From NCBI GenBank assembly GCA_002269645.1, contig NIVC01000493.1, positions 248,001-312,000 on the forward strand: DNA of 64,000 bases, given 5' to 3'. Source of the DNA: Macrostomum lignano (lineage: Eukaryota). Below the pieces are notes generated by a model. That model did not search any database, had not been told where the DNA came from, and was given only the letters and a program-made list of their open reading frames with translations. Shown here one piece after another: positions 12,287-24,700 of the stretch. Each line of letters opens with the position of its first letter. Positions within the stretch are counted from its first letter, which is position 1. Made by a program: the position numbers and the translations under genes.

Positions 12287-13239
12287 AAGGCACTCAGAAT
12301 AAAAAACGTAAGCTTTGGTAACCACATCAAGGTGTTTGCCTCCTAATTCTGTTATACTCGTACAAACAGAGTATCCAGTGAGAAAAATGACACAAAAATA
12401 CAGGCTCAGTTTAAAGCCCCAACTCCACTTTCCTTTAACAACCTGTTGAGTCAGTCCTAGTCTTAAGCTTGTCCTATTTGCTTTCAAGTCTAACTACAGG
12501 AGACTAACCAAATTATTTACTTTTAACTAGCAATATATGTAAGGCAGTGTCTAAAGTCGGTTAAACATTATGGACATGGTATAAGTAAGACCAATTCATG
12601 CACACACACCTGCAGGTGTTTACAGGTCCTAGGTGTGCATATAGCTTGATATTCCATGACAATGACGTCATCGGCCGCAGTTGTTGACCTCAAAGTCGGT
12701 GAAAGCAACAAGACCCTGAAATCTGGATTTGTTGAGCACCAGGTGTGTGCAGATGAAGTTGAATTTTTTGAAACTTTAACTTACGCGGCTGGGCAATATT
12801 AATGAGAGTCTTTTAATTATCTCAAGAATGAATCAGGACAAGTTGGCAGTTGGGAGCCTCATCGCTTCACTGGTCAAGCTGGTCAAGACATGGCGGAGCC
12901 CCCCCCCCTGCAGAACAGGGCCCAATGCTTCTAGAGGAGACGCAGCCCCCTCCACGTGTGTCATTATGTTTCTAATTTCAAATTTTATTTCAAAAATAAG
13001 AAAAAGCTTGCTTTGAATGTAAACATTGTAAGTGATTCGATATGTTCAATATAGATGCAAGATTGAAGTCTTTGTTTTGTTTGGCGGCCTGAAATTAAGG
13101 ACAACTCGACCTTCTATGTTCCTGTACGCTCGTATTTAGGCTCGTGGCCTGTGCTGACTCATTTTTTATATGCCAGCCATTGTGCTTGAATTGTTTATGC
13201 AAACTTTTTTGCACGTGAGGGTATTCTAGCAAACTGGAA

Positions 13240-14357
13240 TTCTCAGATAAAATCATAAAACTGGCACTCTCAGATAGGAACTGGCACTCTCAGATAGAAA
13301 CTGGCACTCTCAGATAGAAACTGGCACTATCAGATAGAAACTGGCACTCTCAGATAGAAACTGGCACTCTCAGATAGAAACTGGCACTCTCAGATAGAAA
13401 CTGGCACTCTCAAACAGAAACTGGCACTCTCAGACAGAAACTGGCACTCTCAGACAGAAACTGGCACTCTCAGATAGAAACTGGCACTCTCAGATAGAAA
13501 CTGGCACTCTCAGATAGAAACTGGCACTCTCAGATAGAAACTGGCACTCTCAGATAGAAACTGGCACTCTCAGATAGAAACTGGCACTCTCAAATAGAAA
13601 CTGGCACTCTTAGATAGAAACTGGCACTCTCAGATAGAAACTGGCACTCTCAGATAGAAACTGGCACTCTCAGATAGAAACTGGCACTCTCAGATAGAAA
13701 CTGGCACTCTCAAATAGAAACTGGCACTCTCAGATAGAAACTGGCACTCTCAGACAGAAACTGGCACTCTCAGACAGAAACTGGCACTCTTAGATAGAAA
13801 CTGGCACTCTCAGATAGAAACTGGCACTCTCAGATAGAAACTGGCACTCTCAGATAGAAACTGGCACTCTCAGACAGAAACTGGCACTCTCAGACAGAAA
13901 CTGGCACTCTCAGACAGAAACTGGCACTCTCAGACAGAAACTGGCACTCTCAGATAGAAACTGGCACTCTCAGATAGAAACTGGCACTCTCAGATAGAAA
14001 CTGGCACTCTCAAATAGAAACTGGCACTCTCAGACAGAAACTGGCACTCTCAGACAGAAACTGGCACTCTCAGACAGAAACTGGCACTCTCAGACAGAAA
14101 CTGGCACTCTCAGATAGAAACTGGCACTCTCAGATAGAAACTGGCACTCTCAGATAGAAACTGGCACTCTCAAACAGAAACTGGCACTCTCAGACAGAAA
14201 CTGGCACTCTCAGACAGAAACTGGCACTCTTAGATAGAAACTGGCACTCTCAGATAGAAACTGGCACTCTCAGATAGAAACTGGCACTCTCAGATAGAAA
14301 CTGGCACTCTCAGACAGAAACTGGCACTCTCAGACAGAAACTGGCACTCTCAGACAA
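13240..14357. repeat. 20-bp minisatellite (CTGGCACTCTCAGATAGAAA)n, about 55 units
   Basis: Direct reading; highly homogeneous. Confidence 0.97.
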
Positions 14358-14919
14358 AAGCCTAAGGGCCACAGTTACAAATAACAGTTGATCACTATAA
14401 AATATTGATCAGAATGGAGGGGGGTTTCAGTGGATGGCCTTAGGCCTTAAACTCAAAGATAATTAATATTATGGCATGAATTACAACTTAATTTGCGCTT
14501 TTCACAAGTATAGATACATTTTTTTCGAAAAATAATCCCAACATGAGGAATTCTAGTTTTAGTTTTTAGTATCTATGCAACAACCATCCTAGAGACAGTA
14601 TTATATAAACCCAGTTATTTCTGTGCGGTCAGTCGGCTAGAAATATATCCCTAATCTAATTGCAGGGTGCATATAGAATACAATCGATAGATGCAGTTCA
14701 GATTCAGGGTGTAAAGCACGTTTGAAGATGAGCGGGTAAATCTGGTTCACCACCACACGGAGCCTCGCCTCTGGCCTCTGCCACCCACCCCTCTTAGCTC
14801 TCTCGCGCTTCAAAACTAAATTAAGATTCAGTGAATGAAGCGTTAATCTATTTTTTACAATCGTCCGTGTCTCCCTTACCTTCCCATCACATTGCTGTCT
14901 CCCTCTCACTCTCCTCTAC

Positions 14920-14977
14920 CTCTCTCTCTGTCTATCTCTCACTCTCCACCGCTCTCTTCTACCTCTCTCTCCTCCAC

Positions 14978-15029
<52 letters not shown>

Positions 15030-16070
15030 CACCTCTCTCTGTCTCTCTCTCCTCCACCTCTCTCTGTCTCTCTCCTCCACCTCTCTCTGTCTCTCTCCTC
15101 CACCTCTCTCTGTCTCTCTCTCCTCCACCTCTCTCTGTCTCTCTCCTCCACCTCTCTCTGTCTCTCTCCTCCACCTCTCTCTGTCTCTCTCCTCCACCTC
15201 TCTCTGTCTCTCTCTCCTCCACCTCTCTCTGTCTCTCTCTCCTCCACCTCTCTCTGTCTCTCTCTCCTCCACCTCTCTCTGTCTCTCTCCTCCACCTCTC
15301 TCTGTCTCTCTCCTCCACCTCTCTCTATCTCTCTCTCTCTCCTCCACCTCTCTCTCTGTCTCTCTCTCCTCCACCTCTCTCTGTCTCTCTCCTCCACCTC
15401 TCTCTATCTCTCTCTCCTCCACCTCTCTCTATCTCTCTCCTCCACCTCTCTCTGTCTCTCTCCTCCACCTCTCTCTGTCTCTCTCTCCTCCACCTCTCTC
15501 TGTCTCTCTCCTCCACCTCTCTCTGTCTCTCTCCTCCACCTCTCTCTGTCTCTCTCTCCTCCACCTCTCTCTGTCTCTCTCTCCTCCACCTCTCTCTGTC
15601 TCTCTCTCCTCCACCTCTCTCTGTCTCTCTCTCCTCCACCTCTCTCTGTCTCTCTCCTCCACCTCTCTCTGTCTCTCTCCTCCACCTCTCTCTATCTCTC
15701 TCTCTCTCCTCCACCTCTCTCTCTGTCTCTCTCTCCTCCACCTCTCTCTGTCTCTCTCCTCCACCTCTCTCTATCTCTCTCTCCTCCACCTCTCTCTATC
15801 TCTCTCCTCCACCTCTCTCTGTCTCTCTCCTCCACCTCTCTCTGTCTCTCTCTCCTCCACCTCTCTCTGTCTCTCTCCTCCACCTCTCTCTGTCTCTCTC
15901 TCCTCCACCTCTCTCTGTCTCTCTCCTCCACCTCTCTCTGTCTCTCTCCTCCACCTCTCTCTGTCTCTCTCTCCTCCTCCTCTCTCTCCTCCACCTCTCT
16001 CTGTCTCTCTCCTCCACCTCTCTCTGTCTCTCTCTCCTCCGCCTCTGTCTACCTCTCACTCTCTTCCACC
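14920..16070. repeat. CT-rich minisatellite (CTCTCTCCTCCACCTCTCTCTGT)n
   Basis: Direct reading; explains all ORFs between 14831 and 16384. Confidence 0.95.
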
Positions 16071-16684
16071 TCTCTTCTCTATCCCTATCTGTCTCTCTCT
16101 CAGCCTCCAACTCTTCTACATCTATCTTAATTTACTCCCATTCCTGTCTGCACAGCGCAATCTTCCACCTGAACTTCAGTAACATTCCTGAGATCAGACT
16201 CGTGGACAATATCATGGGAAAATCCTTGTCTTATCTTATCTTGGTACCGCTTTATTTAGCTTTTTTTATTGCCAGGGCGCCACACCTCAAAACCAGGGCC
16301 TGCTATACTCAGGTTTTTATTGCGGATAGACAGAGAACTGCTTTCCCCAGTCATAATTTTCCCAATTACAGTCTCCTTCAGTGACGATCTGTGTGCCAAG
16401 TGGCATTCTTATCGTCGAGCTCAACGGGGAACTCAAATTTTGAAAACGAAAAAAATGGTGCCGTTTGAGTAGAATTTATGGCATCGAGCCAAATTTTCCC
16501 TTATCTCCGGCTGGGCTCAAACCGAACTCAAAACGATTTGAAGCGGCCCACCACACTCCCCCTATTTTCATTGTTTGGTTCCCAGGTTTTGTCGTCTCTT
16601 GTCTCCAAGGCCAAATCTGGCACCCAGTTTTGAAGCATGCATAAAATTGAATTCTACCCTCTCATTCCCCCCAACATTGCTCGA

Positions 16685-16958
16685 TTCCTATTGGCCCAGC
16701 CGGGGAAGCCCTCCTATTGGCTGGCACCGGGCCCAAGCCCGAAGCCCCCTCCCTTTATTAAAATACCGCTCCACACCCAAACTCGAGGCCCCCCCCCATG
16801 AAGACAACCATCAAGAGCCTCGCACAGAGATTCGAAGTGGGCCGCACACACATCCGTCAACTATAAACTTTTTGGTTGCCCACACACGAAGGCGGAACCG
16901 TTTTCAACTCACCTCAGTCAGTCTTCGATTCGAGTGCTTCTACAATAAAAAGGTAAGC
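16685..16958 (+). promoter_or_regulatory. Possible promoter and non-coding first exon of the downstream PDZ gene
   Basis: Two ATTGG (reverse CCAAT) motifs near 16690 and 16716, TATAAA at 16862, strong donor AAG|GTAAGC at 16953. Motifs alone are weak evidence. Confidence 0.3.
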
Positions 16959-17944
16959 TAACTGCTATTCTCTGATACCCTTAAAATGTCATCCTTGATG
17001 TTCTGTAAGACTGTAAAAGCAAACAGTTTTTATAAGGCTTATTAGTTAAACTGTGTATTTTTGAGTTTGAAGAAGTTTAATCTTAATTAATTGCGCAATT
17101 TCTCCCATCCCATCAACTTCTGCTCCGCTTAACTCTGACACTTTCGTCACTCGAGACTATCGTCACTCTTCTAATCTGTCGGGAGTTCATCAACACACAC
17201 ACAGGATCGGATAGCATCGGCAACATTCCCGCTCCGGTTGCATCATTTCCCGCTGCTCTTTTTTAGCCGTTCGCCTCTTCAGTTTGAGTAGCCTGTCTGT
17301 CTGTCTGTGTTTTAGAGGCGCCAGTGCGTGCCAGCCCCAGCACGTCATGTCAGCGTCAGAACCCTTGAGAACGCTGAGATCGTAGGTGAAGGTCAAACCA
17401 ATTAGCTGGTTAACTTTTAGATTCATCAGAATAGACTACAGCTCATCCGATGAGTATCATTGATGTGGATCCCTACAATTTTGCGTAATTTCCTCTGCTG
17501 AGCTGACTCAAGATATGATTTGATGGGGCGCAAGCTGCTGTAAGTCTAAACTAATGTTAGACAATGGCTATCCATCAATCCAAGCTTAAAGCTGCTGACA
17601 CTTCTCTCTGCATCATTGTCGTAGCAACAGCCCCTTAAGGGCATTCCCGCTTCGCACATGTAAGCATAATGATGTTTCCTCCATATCGAATGTTCGTTGC
17701 CACACTTCGCACTTCGTATAGCACCCAAAATCTGTTGTTGCTAAGACTATTATGGTTAGGAGTGAAAAGCAAATATAAATCCCTGTCCATCACAATGGGT
17801 CGCAATAAATAGGTGTAATATATGTTTTCACACCCTTTCATGAATAGAAAGCTGTCAAACTGCCTTCAATGTTTATTATATATATTATATATTGCATACC
17901 TGCCTACATCGCAGCAGACTCACGCATCAGCCAACCTGAGCGAC

Positions 17945-18953
17945 ATGTCCATTCAGTGCGACACCAAGGCGCCAGGCGCTCCGGCGCCCTTGCGTGCCAA
18001 TCACAATGTTCCACTCTTTGGCGCCGGCGCCCTCGGTGCCATCTGGCCAGGACAGGGAGCAGCCGCAGGCGGGCCAGCGCGCCTGTTTGCCAGCCGCACG
18101 CAGCCGCAGCTGCACTCCGCCAGCGCCGCCGCCCCATCAACGCCGGTCGCCAAAGTTCAGCCCATGAAGCGGCCAGCCCCAGCTGTTGCCGTTGGCAGCT
18201 GCCTGCCCCTGAAACGGCCGGCGCCGCTGGCCAACGCAGAAGACGAAGTCAATGACGACCGGCCGCCGGCGCCAAAGCAGCTGACGCGGTGCCGACCGGC
18301 GTCGCCTGCCATCGCCACCAATCCGCTTTACCGGCGTCGATCTCGCGACATCCCGTCTGGAGGGCTGCCTGATCGGCACCAATCGGCGGTGGCGAATGTC
18401 GCCTTTCCGACGCTGACGGCGACGCCGATATTCCAACAGACCGCAGCAGCGGTGTCAGCGGGCAAAATCGACGCACAGACCAGTCCAAGGCAGCCCGCTG
18501 TCCCCGAGGCCTCTGCGGCGACGCCCGGAGCATCGGCCAGCGGCATGTCGCTGACGAACTGGGTCCGCTCCGCCCGCTGCCGTCTGGCCCGCCTCCGCCG
18601 CAGTTTCAGCGCCTCGCGGGTCGACGCAGCCGCCGCGACCAAGTCGACATCGATGCTGTCAGGCTCCGACGCTCCGACGCCGAAGCGGCTGTTCGCAAGC
18701 CGGAAGCGGCACGCCTCGCTGCAGCGCCTCGTGCAGCGGCTGGCCGCCTCGCCGGCTGGAGGCCCCACCGTCACCTCGGCCAAGAAGATCAGCTCGCCGA
18801 GAGGCAGCGGCACCGCTAGCAGCGTCGGAACATCGTCGCCGATGGCCGTCAGCGGCCGCGTGCTGAAACTGCTGCCCGACGGCAGTCGATTGGTGCAGCT
18901 GAAAAGACCGCGCGGCGGCAAGTTTGGCTTCTTTGTGCTGCGGCAGAAGGGCG
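17945..18953 (+). CDS. PDZ-domain protein, coding exon 1 (long Ala/Pro/Ser-rich disordered region plus start of a PAR-6/SYD-1/KIAA1614-type PDZ)
   Basis: GC-rich ORF after acceptor ATCGCAG(CAG) at 17914/17917. First ATG at 17945; the true start may be upstream. Ends VSGRVLKLLPDGSRLVQLKRPRGGKFGFFVLRQKG then donor G|GTAAGT (phase 1). Confidence 0.8.
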
Positions 18954-18989
18954 GTAAGTGTCCTTGGCTGTTAACTGCCAGAAACTCTC

Positions 18990-19350
18990 CGCTTCACCCT
19001 CCGATCCTTCATCAGCAGATCCCCGCTTTACCCTCCGATCCTTCATCAGCAGATCCCCGCTTTACCCTCCGATCCTTCATCAGCAGATCCCCGCTTTACC
19101 CTCCGATCCTTCATCAGCAGATCCCCGCTTTACCCTCCGATCTTTCATCCAGTAGATTCCCGCTTTACCCTCCGATCCTTCATCCAGTAGATCCCCGCTT
19201 TACCCTCCGATCCTTCATCAGCAGATCCCCGCTTTACCCTCCGATCCTTCATCCAGTAGATCCCCGCTTTACCCTCCGATCCTTCATCCAGTAGATCCCT
19301 GCTTTACCCTCCGATCCTTAATAAGTTAGATCCCCGCTTTACCCTCCGGT
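18990..19350. repeat. 34-bp intronic minisatellite (CCCTCCGATCCTTCATCAGCAGATCCCCGCTTTA)n
   Basis: Direct reading; fills intron 18954-19373. Confidence 0.93.
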
Positions 19351-19373
19351 CCTACATTCTCTCCCCACTGCAG

Positions 19374-19561
19374 GCGTCTACCTGAGCCGTTTCAACGACC
19401 CAGCCACTCAGCGCCGCTACCGGTCAGTGCTGGGAGTCGGCGACGAGATCCTGGAGATCGAGGACATGCCGACAACCGCTATGCCCTTGGATGACCTTCA
19501 CCGGTTAATCTCGGACAAGCGGTCCCTGCTGATTCGAGTACGAAGTTGCTATGCCTGGTGA
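19374..19561 (+). CDS. PDZ-domain protein, final coding exon (rest of PDZ domain)
   Basis: Acceptor CACTGCAG ends at 19373; phase matches. Reads GVYLSRFNDPATQRRYRSVLGVGDEILEIEDMPTTAMPLDDLHRLISDKRSLLIRVRSCYAW*, with the PDZ motifs G-V-Y-L-S and L-x-V-G-D-E-I-L-E-I. Confidence 0.85.
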
Positions 19562-20440
19562 AACTGCGTGCGGGCGAATTCGCTGGGGAATCCCTATCTA
19601 AGTACTCTTTGTGTCTATAAATACACTATAGCAGATTTTGCATACAGACAGCCACGTGCTTAGACTCATTCCCTATCCCAGTGTGTCACAGGCCACGTGT
19701 CAAAATATCCATAAATACACGCGCTCTCCTGTGTACCGTTTGAAATATTTGTTGTACTTTGTGCTTGTGCTCACAATTGAAACGTTTCAAAGCTGTCAAA
19801 TTGGTCTTTGTGAGCATCTGCCTAAAATCATTGATCATCTTTTCGAATTGTCTTTTCTTTGAGTCAGTCGCGTTTTCCATGTTTTTTCCCTAATATGAAG
19901 TATTTTTGTTGTTTTTCTTTTTTCCGCGTACCTTATAATGTGAATATCTGTTATTTGTTAATCTTGCGCACCTGTAGAATACTCTTACACATATCGCACT
20001 TGAATCGATTGAAAATAGATTATATTTGCTTAAACTGATGAGTACAAAATTTGCTAAAAATGACAAAAAAATAAATGCTGTGTGCTGCTTCATTGCCAAA
20101 GTCGCTCTGTTTTGAAATCCAGCTGATTCTTTGTACAAAAATTGTTGCATTTGGAGCCTTTTTGAGTTCTTTTAGTTTACCCATATTTTACTGAAAGGTC
20201 ACCTTTTAAGGACCTTGGGACCATTGCAAGGTTAAAACAGGGGCCACTGTTCACTGTAGGTATGACAAAACAACACTGTAGCCCTACTATTGTTGATTGG
20301 TACTAATAGAATAACCATTTAGCATATGGGACCATAAAGTTTTACAGTACATCGGATTATAGTTGGTACATAATAGTAATACTGTTATAATAATGATTAG
20401 GCATTTCATATGAATAATTGATAATTCAATTTAATTTTAG

Positions 20441-20680
20441 CAGGGGCGTCGCAGTGGATTTTATGGTGGGGGCCGGGACAAAGCCAAGAATTCAAAATGA
20501 CTGAATTAACTGCCTACATCATTTTGGGAATCAGTGTTGTCACATCGGTGGTTTTAGCACCGCCACAGACAGTCATTTTTGCGCCAGTCACTCATTTTGG
20601 TGCCGCAGACGGGTACTCATTTTGGCGCCGAAAACGCTATATTTTTGTTATATTCTGTCCCCCCCGTGGCGACGCCACTG
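20441..20680. mobile_element. hAT-type MITE, 240 bp
   Basis: 12-bp TIRs CAGGGGCGTCGC / GCGACGCCACTG (1 mismatch); 8-bp TSD AATTTTAG / AATTGTAG (1 mismatch). Confidence 0.8.
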
Positions 20681-20755
20681 AATTGTAGAGAACAAAAAAA
20701 TAAGATCTACTGCAACTGCAACATAATTGCAATTTAATTTTATTTACAATATAAA

Positions 20756-20932
20756 CGGGCGGATCCAGAGGGGGGCAAGGGGGCCATAGCCCCCCCCCTC
20801 GCCCTCAGCCGCGGCCAAAAAAATTTGGTCATACTTTTTTAGCCTGCTACTATGCCAGGTCTTTTTTCCAATATGGGGTTGTGCTTGGTATATCTTGGTT
20901 CCCTCCTCAAAAATTTTCTGGATCCGCGCCTG
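20756..20932. mobile_element. hAT-type MITE, 177 bp
   Basis: TIRs CGGGCGGATCCAG / CTGGATCCGCGCCTG; perfect 8-bp TSD AATATAAA at 20748-20755 and 20933-20940. Confidence 0.82.
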
Positions 20933-21165
20933 AATATAAATGAAATGAAAATGGAAATTAAATAATGGAACTTAAATTTTATAAGTTAGTAAATTCTACT
21001 GATATGATATACTTGATGTGATATTCCTTTAATTATACCTGTGTAGACCACAATTCCGTTGCCACGTGCCACGTCACAAGCAAGTTCGCTTCAATGGATA
21101 CTCGAATAAATTATATTTACGTTTTCGTTAGATATAAATTTCCCTCCGAGAACCAACCCTTCAGC

Positions 21166-21237
21166 GGTCCCATGGTGTAGCGGTTAGCACTCAGGACTCT
21201 GAATCCTGCGACCCGAGTTCGAGTCTCGGTGGGACCT
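21166..21237 (+). tRNA. tRNA-Gln (anticodon CTG)
   Basis: 72-nt cloverleaf GGTCCCATGGTGTAGCGG..CAGGA-CTCTGAA-TCCTG..GGTTCGAG-type T arm..GGGACCT. Followed by a T run (Pol III terminator); TATAAA about 30 nt upstream. Confidence 0.97.
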
Positions 21238-22539
21238 TTTGCAAAAATTTCTTTTGCATTACGTATTTTAGTAATATTTCCTTCTTCCATATATTTAATA
21301 GTTACTTCTGCTCTTTCAACTTTGCTTTTTTTCTCCTATCTATTTATTTGTGATTTTCATACAAAAAATCCAAATCCAAAGCATTACTATCCAACTCCCC
21401 GACATGTATCGAAAAAAACTTTACCAAGCAGTTTTTTGTATGTATTTTTTGGATTCTCCTATGAAACTTGGATATAGATTTTAAATCAATAAAATGAAGT
21501 CAATGGATTCGAGATTTGTTTACGGACGTTTGATCTAAATTTCAACAACAAATTCAACATAGGTAACATTGGTGGTGAATCATCCTTAACTAATTCTAGA
21601 ATGCTTCTCTGTCTCGTATGTTAATAGTAAATAGTCTTGAAAGGTCATCTTGGTTGCATTTCTGATTTAAAAAATAATAGTAAAAAAGACTATTTAGGAC
21701 AAATAAGGATGAGAGTTCGTTGTTTATTTTATTAATTCGTGAATTTAATGATAATTAATTTGACCGATATGTATCGAAAATTCGCATTCCTTACCAATAA
21801 AAAATTCGAAATATTGATATTTACTATGTCGGCCACATCAAAACTGGTCAAGCAAAACAAATCTCGCCTGCGCTAACCAGTTTCTATGCGCATCTGCCAA
21901 CAACAACACTGGCTTGGAAACGCCAACTGTCATCAGGCAGCTGCCCCCGGGGTTTGGACTCGCCACTGTTCACGCTTCGCTATGACGCAATCAAAGTTCT
22001 GTGGTCCATAGCGTTTTTTTATTGCCATTTTACTCAAGATTGGGTGAAGGAGCAGGCAGAGAAACTGTCACTATTGTCTCCGCGCGCTGGTGTGAGGCGC
22101 CCACTGTTTTCATTTTTATAAGACTCTAGAATAGAAGCAGAATCTCAATATTCATAGCTTCGAGCAGCCATGACAGACTGACTGACAGGCTACCCAGGCT
22201 CGATGCTCGGCAACTCGGTCAATCGTCAACAAAGACTGGCAGCTGATTCGAGTAGTAGTGAAGTGATACTCCGATTGGCCGATTAGAAAAGATGTTCACC
22301 ATTTACTTTTGATAAAACTAAAGTGCTTTCTGCTGCTGTTGCTGCCTTCTGATCGAATTCCGCACCAAACTTGCCTTCTATTCTTCTAGCTTTGTGCTTT
22401 CTGCTGACGATGGCATCTTTTGCATTAGTCACAGTCACGTGACTCACGCCCCGTCTGCTGCTGCGTTTTTTATGGCACTAAGCTTTGTGCTTTGTTCGTA
22501 CTAAGAATCAGACCGCTTTTCCTCACTTTGACTCTCCAT

Positions 22540-24700
22540 TCCCCCTCTCCTTCCCTCTCATTCTCTCTCATTCCCTCTCATTCCCTCTCCTTCCCTCTCA
22601 TTCCCTCTCATTCTCTCTCTTTCCCTCTCCTTCCCTCTCATTCCCTCTCATTCCCTCTCCTTCCCTCTCATTCCCTCTCATTCCCTCTCATTCCCTCTCA
22701 TTCCCTCTCATTCCCTCTCATTCCCTCTCCTTCCCTCTCATTCCCTCTCATTCTCTCTCTTTCCCTCTCCTTCCCTCTCATTCCCTCTCATTCCCTCTCC
22801 TTCCCTCTCATTCCCTCTCATTCTCTCTCTTTCCCTCTCCTTCCCTCTCATTCCCTCTCATTCCCTCTCATTGCCTCTCATTCCCTCTCATTCCCTCTCC
22901 TTCCCTCTCATTCCCTCTCCTTCCCTCTCATTCCCTCTCATTCCCTCTCCTTCCCTCTCATTCCCTCTCCTTCCCTCTCATTCCCTCTCATTGCCTCTCA
23001 TTCCCTCTCATTCCCTCTCCTTCCCTCTCTTTCCCTCTCCTTCCCTCTCATTCCCTCTCATTCCCTCTCATTGCCTCTCATTCCCTCTCATTCCCTCTCC
23101 TTCCCTCTCTTTCCCTCTCCTTCCCTCTCATTCCCTCTCATTCCCTCTCATTCCCTCTCCTTCCCTCTCTTTCCCTCTCCTTCCCTCTCATTCCCTCTCA
23201 TTCCCTCTCATTGCCTCTCATTCCCTCTCATTCCCTCTCCTTCCCTCTCTTTCCCTCTCCTTCCCTCTCATTCCCTCTCATTCCCTCTCATTCCCTCTCA
23301 TTCCCTCTCCTTCCCTCTCATTCCCTCTCCTTCCCTCTCATTCCCTCTCCTTCCCTCTCATTCCCTCTCCTTCCCTCTCATTCCCTCTCCTTCCATCTCA
23401 TTCCCTCTCCTTCCCTCTCATTCCCTCTCCTTCCCTCTCATTCCCTCTCCTTCCCTCTCATTCTCTCTCTTTCCCTCTCATTCCCTCTCATTCCCTCTCC
23501 TTCCCTCTCATTCCCTCTCCTTCCCTCTCATTCCCTCTCCTTCCCTCTCATTCCCTCTCCTTCCCTCTCATTCCCTCTCCTTCCATCTCATTCCCTCTCC
23601 TTCCCTCTCCTTCCCTCTCCTTCCCTCTCATTCCCTCTCCTTCCCTCTCATTCTCTCTCTTTCCCTCTCTTTCCCTCTCCTTCCCTCTCATTCCCTCTCA
23701 TTCCCTCTCCTTCCCTCTCATTCCCTCTCCTTCCATCTCATTCCCTCTCCTTCCCTCTCCTTCCCTCTCATTCCCTCTCCTTCCCTCTCATTCCCTCTCC
23801 TTCCCTCTCCTTCCCTCTCCTTCCCTTTCATTCCCTCTCCTTCCCTCTCCTTCCCTCTCATTCCCTCTCCTTCCCTCTCATTCCCTCTCCTTCCCTCTCA
23901 TTCCCTCTCCTTCCCTCTCATTCTCTATCTTTCCCTCTCCTTCCCTCTCCTTCCCTCTCCTTCCCTCTCATTCCCTCTCCTTCCCTCTCCTTCCCTCTCC
24001 TTCCCTCTCCTTCCCTTTCATTCCCTGTTATTCCCTCTCCTTCCCTCTCCTTCTATCTCCTTCCCTCTCCTTCCCTTTCATTCCCTCTCCTTCCCTCTCC
24101 TTCCATCTCCTTCCATGTCCTTCCCTCTCCTTCCCTCTCCTTCCCTTTCATTCCCTCTCCTTCCCTCTCCTTCCCTCTCATTCCCTCTCATTCCCTTTTA
24201 TTCCCTCTCCTTCCCTCTCCTTCCCTCTCCTTCCATCTCCTTCCATGTCCTTCTCTCTCCTTCCCTCTCATTCCCTCTCATTCCCTGTTATTCCCTCTCC
24301 TTCCCTCTCCTTCCATCTCCTTCCATGTCCTTCCCTCTCCTTCCCTCTCATTCCCTCTCATTCCCTGTTATTCCCTCTTCTTCCCTCTCCTTCCATCTCC
24401 TTCCATGTCCTTCCATCTCCTTCCCTCTCATTCCCTCTCATTCCCTGTTATTCCCTCTCCTTCCCTCTCCTTCTATCTCCTTCCCTCTCCTTCCCTTTCA
24501 TTCCCTCTCCTTCCCTCTCCTTCCATCTCCTTCCATGTCCTTCCCTCTCCTTCCCTCTCATTCCCTCTCATTCCCTTTTATTCCCTCTCCTTCCCTCTCC
24601 TTCCCTCTCCTTCCATCTCCTTCCATGTCCTTCCCTCTCCTTCCCTCTCATTCCCTCTCATTCCCTGTTATTCCCTCTCCTTCCCTCTCCTTCCCTCTCC
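22540..24700. repeat. 10-bp polypyrimidine satellite (TTCCCTCTCA/TTCCCTCTCC)n, about 2.2 kb
   Basis: Direct reading; explains the 620-770-aa ORFs. Confidence 0.97.

Noticed and set aside
12828-13016. SLVKLVKTW as an OAS/nucleotidyltransferase motif
   Set aside because: Only a short resemblance; no catalytic GS/DxD region or supporting exons.
17822-19294. 490-aa single-exon ORF as predicted by the track
   Set aside because: The first 31-41 codons are AT-rich intron-like sequence and the part after 18953 is a 34-bp intronic repeat; the spliced model completes a PDZ domain.
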